Positions 20,066 to 28,519 of a stretch of DNA of 64,000 nt are shown in pieces. The stretch is from a bacterium (GTDB taxonomy: Bacteria > Electryoneota > Electryoneia > Electryoneales > Electryoneaceae). The notes under the pieces were generated by a model that did not search any database, was not told the DNA's origin, and saw only the letters and a list, made by a program, of their open reading frames with translations. Position 1 is the stretch's first letter, and each line of letters opens with the position of its first letter. The stretch is taken from the NCBI GenBank assembly GCA_963675295.2, contig CAXXKJ010000002.1, positions 1,472,001 through 1,536,000 on the forward strand, given 5' to 3'. Made by a program: the position numbers and the translations under genes.

Positions 20066-21301
20066 ATGTTCGGAAAATTTGTTCGGGTTCTTCAGAACGT
20101 CGCTAAAGGATTTGGCGACGCTGCCCAAACCGTAGCCCATGAAGGTGGAAAAGTCATTGATAAGGGCTTGAAAGTAACGGGGGATGCTGCCCAAACCGTA
20201 GCCCATGAAGGTGGAAAAGTCATTGATAAGGGCTTGAAAGTAACGGGGGATGCTGCCCAAACCGTAGCCCATGAAGGTGGAAAAGTCATTGATAAGGGCT
20301 TGAAAGTAACGGGGGATGCTGCCCAAACCGTAGCCCACGAAGGTGGAAAAGTCATTGATAAGGGCTTGAAAACAGCCGGTGAAGTGGGCGATGGTATAGG
20401 TAAAGGCATTAGGCAGGCAGCTGAAGAAAATAACGTCCTAAATATGGGTGCTAGGGAGAAAGCGCTAAAGGAGCTTGAAGGCGCTTATAACACTTATCAA
20501 CAGAAACGTGCAGAGCTCGAAGATCGGCTGGTGCGCCTGTACAATCTAAGGAAAGGTATCGCAGAAAAGACGCTACCATCTGTTGAGCTCTATCTAAGTG
20601 AATTAGCAAATGCGCCAAGAGAATTCAAAGTCGGGGCTAGAGAATTAAGCCTAGTTGCCCAGGAATTCACTGGAATAGCCGAGCAGGTAAAGTCAGAGGT
20701 TAAGAAAACAGACCAAAAAGCTATGACTGGCGTGGCTTTGGCAGCTGGAGGTGGTGCTGCCACAGCGGCGATGGCTCCTACCTTAGCGATGGCAGTAGCT
20801 ACTACTTTTGGCACAGCTTCCACAGGCACAGCGATCTCAACACTGTCTGGTGCAGCTGCAACACAAGCTGCCCTTGCTTGGCTCGGTGGTGGCACTCTAG
20901 CTGCAGGGGGTGGAGGAACAGCATTGGGCGCGCAGGTCATATCAGTGTTGTCTGGACCCATTGGTTGGGCTATTGCTGCGGCAGGCATTGCAGCTACCGG
21001 CTGGTTTGTTGACAAAAAGAACCGTGAAATTGCAGAAGAGGCTACTGAGAAAACAATAACGATTCGCTCCGAATCAGCCAGGCTGGGTACGATTAGGGAA
21101 TCTACAGAACGATTAATTAACCAGACTGGCAAGCATCAGAAAGGCGTTACGGATCACCTTAGCTGGATCCGTCAAAACGCACCTCAGGATTACAAGCACT
21201 TTACTGACCAAGACAAAACAGAGTTAATGGCCTTAATCAACAATGTACGGTCCTTGACTCAGCTTCTTTCTGAACGAATTGACCCAACTGAGGGTAGCTG
21301 A
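20066..21301 (+). CDS. Coiled-coil membrane protein with N-terminal 22-aa repeats and Gly/Ala-rich hydrophobic hairpin
   Basis: 4x GDAAQTVAHEGGKVIDKGLK(VT); ASTGTAISTLSGAAATQAALAWLGGGTLAAGGGG...GPIGWAIAAAG. Confidence 0.8.
   Translation: MFGKFVRVLQNVAKGFGDAAQTVAHEGGKVIDKGLKVTGDAAQTVAHEGGKVIDKGLKVTGDAAQTVAHEGGKVIDKGLKVTGDAAQTVAHEGGKVIDKGLKTAGEVGDGIGKGIRQAAEENNVLNMGAREKALKELEGAYNTYQQKRAELEDRLVRLYNLRKGIAEKTLPSVELYLSELANAPREFKVGARELSLVAQEFTGIAEQVKSEVKKTDQKAMTGVALAAGGGAATAAMAPTLAMAVATTFGTASTGTAISTLSGAAATQAALAWLGGGTLAAGGGGTALGAQVISVLSGPIGWAIAAAGIAATGWFVDKKNREIAEEATEKTITIRSESARLGTIRESTERLINQTGKHQKGVTDHLSWIRQNAPQDYKHFTDQDKTELMALINNVRSLTQLLSERIDPTEGS
20114..20371 (+). repeat. Near-perfect 66-bp in-frame tandem repeat, ~3.9 copies
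   Basis: Units start at 20114, 20180, 20246 and 20312 and differ at only a few synonymous positions. Confidence 0.97.
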
Positions 21302-21303
21302 AA

Positions 21304-22785
21304 GTGGCGAAGAAAAGGCAGAAAGCAGACCCAAACAGTCACCTCTCTGGACAGATCATTGGTGCCGGTGTTGATGCCGAAAAAGCTAGTCGACTGGCAG
21401 CAGAAACCGCAGCAATTTCCGCACAGGATCGAGCGTATGCTGCTGCAAGTGATTCCATTGACCAGGTCAGGAAATTTGTTGGAAGCCCGGAACACATCCT
21501 TGGAAATCCCGACACCAAACATGGAGAAATCGCCGAACATGCGCAAGTAGCTATTGATAACTCAAATGCTTTGCTTCAGCAACAAAGTCCTTCATCAACT
21601 TTCGATGGTGTAAGTAGAACGGATCCTGCTGACTACTTGAGGGACGGTGTATTTGTTCAATCCAAATATATCAATGGACTTAATAAAAACCTTCAGCACG
21701 TTCTGGATCATTTGCGCCAATATCCAGATTTTGGCCGTGGTGAAGAATACTATCACATTCCCAAAAATCACTTCAATGGCATCATGGAAGTGGTTCGGAA
21801 TAATGAGTACTCCACGTTGAACACTAGAAGTATTGCGGCAATCCAGGATAAAATTTCGAGGATTGAAGCATCCACTGGTCGTGACTTCACTGACGTCGTC
21901 AGACCAGGAGCTCTTGATTATGCAGCAGTTCAGCAAGGTAAAATCCATACAACGCTTGATGAGTGCGATAATTCCCTTAAAATCAGGAACGAAGAGCTGA
22001 AGCAAGAAATCTACCAGGAGCACCAGGCATCACTTGGTGGTGCAATTATGGCCGCGGGCGGTGGGGCGGCCGTAGGTGCAGGAATTCGACTGGTCAAAGT
22101 GTATTTTGACAAGAAGAACGAAGGAAGAGATTTATTTAAAGGCGAGTTCACGACCCAGGACTGGCAGGACTTTGGACTTCAGGGTGTTGGCGGAGCTGTT
22201 CAAGGTGGTGTTTCCGGTGCGGCAATATATGCCTTGACTAACGCCACAGATATGGCGGCCCCTTTTGCTGCAGCATTTGTGACAAGCGGAATCGCCATCG
22301 GTCGGTTAGCTTATGACTACAAGCAAGGTCGGATTTCACAAGAAGAATTAGTAGAAAATGGCTTAGTTGTTTGTCTTGAAGGTGGTATTGTAGCTCTAAC
22401 CACAATTGCTGGTCAGACGCTGATTCCTGTCCCAATACTGGGATCGGTTTTGGGCGCAGTGTCAGGAAGAGTGTTGGTTGCCGTAGGCAGAAATGTACTT
22501 GGACAAGCGGATGCGCAACTATGGGAGATGCTAGAGGCACGGCTGGATCAAGCTCAATCAGCCACAGAACATAAATACCTGCCAGTTTTCCAAGAGATTA
22601 CAGCAAAATTCGATTACCTTGAGGATCTTTCAAACATAGCGTTCGATCTTGACAATAATTGCTCGTTAGTACGCTTGAGTGCTAGCATCAACATGGCAAG
22701 GCATTTGAATGTCCCTGAAGAAGAAATCATGCGCAAATATGAAGACCTTGATCGGTTCATAGTAGGCAATGGGTCAGCATCATAA
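21304..22785 (+). CDS. Membrane protein with putative restriction-endonuclease-like N-terminal domain
   Basis: HGEIAE...ADYL...VQSK (E...D...QxK); several Gly/Ala hydrophobic segments incl. GQTLIPVPILGSVLG; 2 bp after the previous gene. Confidence 0.7.
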   Translation: MAKKRQKADPNSHLSGQIIGAGVDAEKASRLAAETAAISAQDRAYAAASDSIDQVRKFVGSPEHILGNPDTKHGEIAEHAQVAIDNSNALLQQQSPSSTFDGVSRTDPADYLRDGVFVQSKYINGLNKNLQHVLDHLRQYPDFGRGEEYYHIPKNHFNGIMEVVRNNEYSTLNTRSIAAIQDKISRIEASTGRDFTDVVRPGALDYAAVQQGKIHTTLDECDNSLKIRNEELKQEIYQEHQASLGGAIMAAGGGAAVGAGIRLVKVYFDKKNEGRDLFKGEFTTQDWQDFGLQGVGGAVQGGVSGAAIYALTNATDMAAPFAAAFVTSGIAIGRLAYDYKQGRISQEELVENGLVVCLEGGIVALTTIAGQTLIPVPILGSVLGAVSGRVLVAVGRNVLGQADAQLWEMLEARLDQAQSATEHKYLPVFQEITAKFDYLEDLSNIAFDLDNNCSLVRLSASINMARHLNVPEEEIMRKYEDLDRFIVGNGSAS

Positions 22786-22926
22786 ATTTGGTCTACCACC
22801 TGCTTCAACATTTTTAACGTCTGACAGGTTTGTTGAGAGACTTTGCAGAAACGTCTCGACCTCTTCCATTTCAAAGGCCTTAGGCCAAGGCCGATTTCTG
22901 TTGACTAGTGAAAGGTAAACAGCAAA

Positions 22927-24030
22927 GTGAATACTCCAAACCTGTTCAATTTTGCGACGTCTGAACTATCACAGGATGCAACACTTGCCTACATCCTCGC
23001 CTGGGCAAAACCTGAGTACAAGGCAAATGGCTATCTACTGAACCGACTTGGCGAGTCATTACTACGTGCAATGGTCGAAAGCTGGGCTCGAGCCACAGAC
23101 AATCCGGATCCACTAGAAGGTGTTCCGATAGCTTTAGTTGAGGTAGGAACGCAACGGAATCACATTGATCTGTGGGCTAAAATCAATGATGATCTAGTAC
23201 TGATCGTTGAGGACAAAACCCAGACAGTTGAACATTCTGATCAAATTGCTAGATACCAGCAAAAAGCCGCGAATATGTGGCCGGAACGCATGGCAGTTGC
23301 AGTATATGCAAAAACAGGTAACGAGTGTCTTCCATCGCTAGAGGAAGGCGACAAGCACTTCGGTATGTTCTTGCGTCCTGACTTGCTGGAAGTACTGGAT
23401 TCTGTAATCGAGACAGACAACACCATCCTCGCAGAATTCAAACAGTACTTACAAACCTGGCAAGATGAAACTGACAGCTACCAAACTGAACCATACTATC
23501 GCTGGAAAACGAAAGAAGATCGTAACTGGCGAGCGACACACGCAATTGAAGGGTTTTATGACGAATTGAATCGTTGGTTGACCAGTATGGGTGAATGGTC
23601 GAACTGGGGTTATGTCGCAAACCCGAATGGCGGATTCATGGGCTTCTGGTGGTATTGGAAAGTGCACCATGGATTGAACTGTGAACTCTACCTTCAGATT
23701 GAAAGCGGATGGCGTCTCCAGATCAGGGTTAACCGTCTGCCGGACGAGGACAAGAACTACGAAAAGGTAACCAAGGATCTTATGTGGGATGCCTGGTTCG
23801 CCATTGAAGCTGCAGCTGCCGCACCTGCGTTCGATCTAATCCAGATCAATAAGTCGGGTCGATATCGTGGTGGCAAAATGGCATCGGTGGCCGACGTGAC
23901 GTTCTATGACAAAGACACTTACCTCGCTTCCAAAAGCGACGGTATCATCCACATGCCAGGCACAAAGCGTAACCTGCAGCTGGCAATGCAGCTCGTTGAT
24001 GCGGTTTGCACTCGATCCAAAGAGGAGTAG
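22927..24030 (+). CDS. PD-(D/E)XK nuclease (PDDEXK_4-like)
   Basis: NLFNFATSELSQDA; IDLW...IVEDK...HSDQIARY; WGYVANPNGGFMGFWW. Confidence 0.82.
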   Translation: MNTPNLFNFATSELSQDATLAYILAWAKPEYKANGYLLNRLGESLLRAMVESWARATDNPDPLEGVPIALVEVGTQRNHIDLWAKINDDLVLIVEDKTQTVEHSDQIARYQQKAANMWPERMAVAVYAKTGNECLPSLEEGDKHFGMFLRPDLLEVLDSVIETDNTILAEFKQYLQTWQDETDSYQTEPYYRWKTKEDRNWRATHAIEGFYDELNRWLTSMGEWSNWGYVANPNGGFMGFWWYWKVHHGLNCELYLQIESGWRLQIRVNRLPDEDKNYEKVTKDLMWDAWFAIEAAAAAPAFDLIQINKSGRYRGGKMASVADVTFYDKDTYLASKSDGIIHMPGTKRNLQLAMQLVDAVCTRSKEE

Positions 24031-24108
24031 GGACGACGGACAAAACAGCGATTCTGCTTGTTCAGCAGAAACCAGAATCGCTCGCACTTGTAATCCTAGG
24101 GAGCAGAC

Positions 24109-24696
24109 ATGGCACTGCGAGACTACGATCGTTACGTCAATAACAGCATCTTGAAGGCGTCTACCCGGCCCCAAGTTTCTAGCACTTGTTCTGTGAATGC
24201 GATGGCAACAGCGATAAATGCAGCATTTGGGCTTTCGCTATTTCCAAGTGAAGTGGAAGAAATCTGTGGCTGGAAACGTACTTGGGTTCAAGACGGTGAA
24301 GTCGGAAATGATGAATTGGAATGGGGTATGAAGGAAATTATCAAGCAGAAAAAACTTTCAGGGAAAGTCACCCGCTTTCTCACTTCGGTCAAACTGGGTG
24401 AGCAGAACATTGAGAAAACTTGGACCCGGCTTAAAAAAGCGATTCGGGCTAAAAACATTGCACTAATTTATCACATGCCGGGTCACTACACAGTCCTCGG
24501 AGGATATTTTGAGGAACCCTGGGACGTAAAATCCAAGAATAGCACGGCATTCGAAAACAGAAGGGATTGGGTAGTGATAGCTGAGCACTCAAGGAATAAG
24601 AAAGATACTCCTATATGGTGCATGACCTGGAAGGAACTGAGGTGCGATATTCGAGACGACAGCAATCATATGATATTCCGCGTTTCGAAGCTTTAA
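24109..24696 (+). CDS. Putative papain-fold (C39/phytochelatin-synthase-like) cysteine peptidase
   Basis: Q-x4-C (QVSSTCS), GHYTVLGGY, WVVIAE; GGAG RBS. Confidence 0.55.
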   Translation: MALRDYDRYVNNSILKASTRPQVSSTCSVNAMATAINAAFGLSLFPSEVEEICGWKRTWVQDGEVGNDELEWGMKEIIKQKKLSGKVTRFLTSVKLGEQNIEKTWTRLKKAIRAKNIALIYHMPGHYTVLGGYFEEPWDVKSKNSTAFENRRDWVVIAEHSRNKKDTPIWCMTWKELRCDIRDDSNHMIFRVSKL

Positions 24697-25044
24697 ACTG
24701 GAACTCATCTTTTTATCCAGACCGGCGAAAGATACTAAACAGCAGATTAGAGCGCTCTGACTACTCACTTTGATTCTAACGATGACCATTTGCCGATGTC
24801 TATTTATAGTAGCAGCTTGAACCTGCTAAATCATCTGCATAAACAAGGCAATCTAATCATCTCTAGCTGTTATTGTAAGTCTTACCAGATAAGGACCACT
24901 AAACGTTTCACTCCTAAATGTGATGGGTTACTAAGTAGCTATTCTAGCTGATGTACAGTATTCAGCAGTTTCACATCGACCGACGTTTAACGAAACAAGC
25001 TTGTTCACACGAATCTGCTTCAATCGAACATTTGTACCAAGCAA

Positions 25045-25224
25045 GCTCGAGCAGATGCAGTAGTTGATGTTAGTTCAGTTACAACGCAATTTGCTACAGG
25101 AATTTTTGGGGTGCCTGACCGGATCGGGCATCCTTACTCTTTCGAACCTATATCATCAGTATTTTAGGAGAAGCAGGTCGATGAAGCGAGTGAAGAGTGG
25201 TGGCACAGTGCCGCACCACGATAA
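25045..25224 (+). pseudogene. Degenerate paralog of the 1501-1779 ORF
   Basis: In-frame ARA...SVF*EKQVDEASEEWW aligns with ARA...AVHQARQIDSMFEEWW; TAG at 25165 where copy 1 has CAG. Confidence 0.5.
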
Positions 25225-25297
25225 ATAAAAAGCCAATGGCAGGAGGTGTCAGTGGTATCGAAAGGTCCTCGCTCCGCTCAATTTCCTGCAGTTGGGT

Positions 25298-25326
25298 TTG
25301 AACTAGATATGATGAACCGCTACCTT
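25298..25326 (+). promoter_or_regulatory. sigma70-like promoter of ATPase operon copy 2
   Basis: TTGAAC-N17-TACCTT; its -35 lies 114 nt before the ATG, as in copy 1. Confidence 0.55.
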
Positions 25327-25411
25327 TGGTGGTTGGAGGTAAAGATCATGTTGGCATATGCCGACAATCGACGAATTCGTCGACGTATTTGTGGGATTTC
25401 TCGAGGTACGT

Positions 25412-26863
25412 ATGATCACCCAGATAAGATTGGAAAATTTTAAGTGTTTTCGTGACCTGGTTACGGTAGACTTGAAGCCGATAACAGTATTCGTAGGTCC
25501 TAACTCTGGCGGCAAAAGTACACTTACCCAACCTTTGCTATTGTTTAAACAGTCTAAACTTTTCAAAGCATCTAAAAATGAAATCCCAACCAGTGGTCCA
25601 ATAATTGACTTAGGAGAACCAAAACATCTGTTCAATACTTCTGCGCCAAATAACGAAATGGTGCTCGGCCTGAGCATAGCAGAAACAAATTTCCACCCAG
25701 ACGGTGATGCTTATCGTCCAATCACAAACACTGCAGAACTATCCAACAAGGAGATTATGTTCAACCCTGTATCAGATTTTGACATAATAGTTTCTGCCAA
25801 TGACAAACTATATTTAGATAGATTCAAGTTAAATGGATTGCGTTTTCTTATAAATAATAACTATATACCACGTTACAGTTTACTAAACGACAGCAATACG
25901 AATTTTGAAATTGATAAGAAAAGAAGCATTCTTAGTGAGCTAAATATTGACGGAAACTTCGGCAATTTCAAAGTATCTAAACGTAGTATTGGCTATAGCG
26001 ATGAAGAAGGCCGGCTTGTCATAGACACTAGTAAAAAACATCAGGATGAAGATTTTTTGCGAAAAGAACATCTTATGGAAGTAGGAATATCTAACCTAAA
26101 TTTTTTTCCTCAAATATTGCACTTTGTTCCTGCATGGCGTTCTATTCCAAAGTATTTCACACAATATAAATCAATATCACCACATAACAGTGATACATCT
26201 TATTTAGAAACAATTATTGGGCGCTATACTAATTACATGGCATCTAATGATCAACCTTATAAAGATAATAGTATAGAAGATAATTGGCTAAAGAAGTTAA
26301 ATATAGGGTATAGACTCGTATCACGCGCATATAAGCATGGGATTGAACTTCTTGTAGATGTAGATGGTGACAACCTAATTAATGTCGCCTCTATGGGAAT
26401 GGGAGTATCACAATTAATTCCTATAATAATATTATCCAATATAGATTATATAGATACATTGATTATTCAAGAGCCTGAATCACATCTTCATCCAAATACA
26501 CAACGTAAAATTGCTGAACTATTGGCCGCTAATGTAGGAAATAGACAAGATGAAGTAGCTCACATAGGTATTCGAAATAAAGAGGGCATAATTAACAAAT
26601 TGAGACCGTTAACACTTGGATCACAGTATATTATCGAGACGCATAGTGAACACATAGTACGCGGATTCCAGATTGCAGTGGCAAAAGGTATAATTAAGAA
26701 TTCAGATGTTGCCATATATTTTGTCGACGCAAGCCAGGAGAATCCAATCGTACCCATGGAACTCGATGAGAAAGGAATGTTAATGCGCAAATGGCCGAAC
26801 GATTTCTATGGGTTGGCGTACTCTATGACACTGGAGCTAAACCAGATTCAATCCGACAATTGA
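25412..26863 (+). CDS. ABC/AAA_21-type ATPase with DUF3696, copy 2
   Basis: Same motifs as copy 1 (GPNSGGKS, MGMGVSQ, QEPESHLHP, IETHSE, WPNDFYG); same length (1452 nt); GAGGT RBS. Confidence 0.9.
   Translation: MITQIRLENFKCFRDLVTVDLKPITVFVGPNSGGKSTLTQPLLLFKQSKLFKASKNEIPTSGPIIDLGEPKHLFNTSAPNNEMVLGLSIAETNFHPDGDAYRPITNTAELSNKEIMFNPVSDFDIIVSANDKLYLDRFKLNGLRFLINNNYIPRYSLLNDSNTNFEIDKKRSILSELNIDGNFGNFKVSKRSIGYSDEEGRLVIDTSKKHQDEDFLRKEHLMEVGISNLNFFPQILHFVPAWRSIPKYFTQYKSISPHNSDTSYLETIIGRYTNYMASNDQPYKDNSIEDNWLKKLNIGYRLVSRAYKHGIELLVDVDGDNLINVASMGMGVSQLIPIIILSNIDYIDTLIIQEPESHLHPNTQRKIAELLAANVGNRQDEVAHIGIRNKEGIINKLRPLTLGSQYIIETHSEHIVRGFQIAVAKGIIKNSDVAIYFVDASQENPIVPMELDEKGMLMRKWPNDFYGLAYSMTLELNQIQSDN
25442..25527 (+). 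repeat. 86-bp block identical to 1988-2073
   Basis: Direct comparison. Confidence 0.95.
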
Positions 26864-26877
26864 GTCTGGAGGACGCT

Positions 26878-27732
26878 ATGGACTTCGATATAGCTTTCAG
26901 TCCTGACGTATTGAGATTTTTTGTGCTAAAGAATCCTGAGTCAGGAGAACGACTGATCGATATAATGAGTGAGCGGCGCCATAAACTGGTAGTTGATGAA
27001 CATGGAGCTGCCCTACATCTTTATGAAGAAGCGTGTGGAGAAGCGTGGGAGTATTTTTTTCGAGAGTTTGGATCGTATGTCCAATCCCGCAAGATTAATT
27101 CGCCAAAAGATTCTGATGATGCTGATTTCTTGCTAGACTTAGCTTCAAGATCACGAGATCGTGTTTGGATTGGAAGCGGATCGACTGACAGAGAATTGAT
27201 ACGACTTAGCATTGATGAGCTGCTAGAAAATGGAAACATATTATTCTACACTTACACTCAGGTTCCCCCACGCGAATTCAGAAAAGGTCACGACGCTAGT
27301 GGGTTTCTAAAGAGTCTACATCACATGATAGCTCGAACAAGGCATGATGAGATCCGGCTCGAAGATCCATATATCACTGCTGTCGAAGACGAGTTCTTGG
27401 AATTCTTGTGTAATGCGATGACGAGTTCAGATTGCAAGGTGCTCGTCATGCCTTGGAAGGATATGGAAGTACCAAATTCTAGAACAACCAGGGAATCAAT
27501 AAGTCAGTACATGGAAGCGTCAAATATTCGGGTAGTATGGCAGAAGTATCCAAAACTTGATTTTCACGACAGACGTATACGCGGTGACGATTTTATCTAT
27601 GATCTCCACAATTCATTCAGTCGGATCGACATGAAGCGGCGTCAGTTCCGTGGCCAATTTAGATTCAGCATATCGCGTGCAGATGAACTTGTTAAAATCG
27701 AAGATCCGCCCAAAGTTTCCATTTCTTTATAA
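26878..27732 (+). CDS. ATPase partner with putative PLD-like (MIT_C-type) domain, copy 2
   Basis: GGAGG RBS; EIRLEDPYI and DFHDRRI motifs. Confidence 0.65.
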   Translation: MDFDIAFSPDVLRFFVLKNPESGERLIDIMSERRHKLVVDEHGAALHLYEEACGEAWEYFFREFGSYVQSRKINSPKDSDDADFLLDLASRSRDRVWIGSGSTDRELIRLSIDELLENGNILFYTYTQVPPREFRKGHDASGFLKSLHHMIARTRHDEIRLEDPYITAVEDEFLEFLCNAMTSSDCKVLVMPWKDMEVPNSRTTRESISQYMEASNIRVVWQKYPKLDFHDRRIRGDDFIYDLHNSFSRIDMKRRQFRGQFRFSISRADELVKIEDPPKVSISL

Positions 27733-27792
27733 CCAAGATAAGAAGAATTAGATATTTGATTAATTCATTACCAAAGAACGAGGAAACATCAA

Positions 27793-28353
27793 GTGATATA
27801 CTACATGTGGGAAAGTGGAAACGAGTTGCTTGATGCAGCTATAAAATTTGTCACAATCGATGGCAAAGTCGCACCTTATGGTCACTGGAATAGTATATAC
27901 GAGTTCATAATAAATTCAAATGATAAGAACTTAGATATTCCTGGACTTCCGGGACTTGCAGAGCCATTAGTAGCAACGGAGGCATTATGTGTGCAATTAC
28001 GCCGAGCAGAAGAATTAGGAATTCTTGAGAAAGTCATATCTTTGTTACTTGAAATACCGGATGAAGATTGGTATTGTGATGGCCCAGATTCTCCAGAGGA
28101 ACGGTACTACGATGTTAAGTTAAAGCTCCAAAATATTGACGAAGCTGAAGAGCATTTACGCAAAGAATATGACATATTATTAGATCGTATAAATATTTAC
28201 AGCGTTTTTGCGAAAAATAGTGTAGAGGGAAGTGAAAAACGGTTAGCTGAAGAGAAAAATAAGATCAAACTTGTTGAATCAATGTTAACCAGTATTTCGG
28301 AATGGCAAAATATGTCTGATAAATACTTAAAAGAGTTGCGTAGAACATATTAG
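27793..28353 (+). CDS. Hypothetical protein with C-terminal coiled coil
   Basis: GAGG RBS; 186-aa ORF co-oriented behind module copy 2. Confidence 0.6.
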   Translation: MIYYMWESGNELLDAAIKFVTIDGKVAPYGHWNSIYEFIINSNDKNLDIPGLPGLAEPLVATEALCVQLRRAEELGILEKVISLLLEIPDEDWYCDGPDSPEERYYDVKLKLQNIDEAEEHLRKEYDILLDRINIYSVFAKNSVEGSEKRLAEEKNKIKLVESMLTSISEWQNMSDKYLKELRRTY

Positions 28354-28519
28354 AGCAATAAATAATAAAGTGGGTTAAGAATTTCGCTATTGTAGTTGGC
28401 AAGAGGTCCTTAGATTAAGGTTCCAGCTTGGCTTATTTGCACAATAGGAATCAAAGATAGAACACCAGCCAGCCGATTTTCCTTGGGACAATATCACAAT
28501 TAATTCTCATTGCACGCTT

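Noticed and set aside
20114-20371. Possible CRISPR array
   Set aside because: Units are contiguous with no unique spacers and lie in frame within a CDS; no cas1/cas2 in the window.
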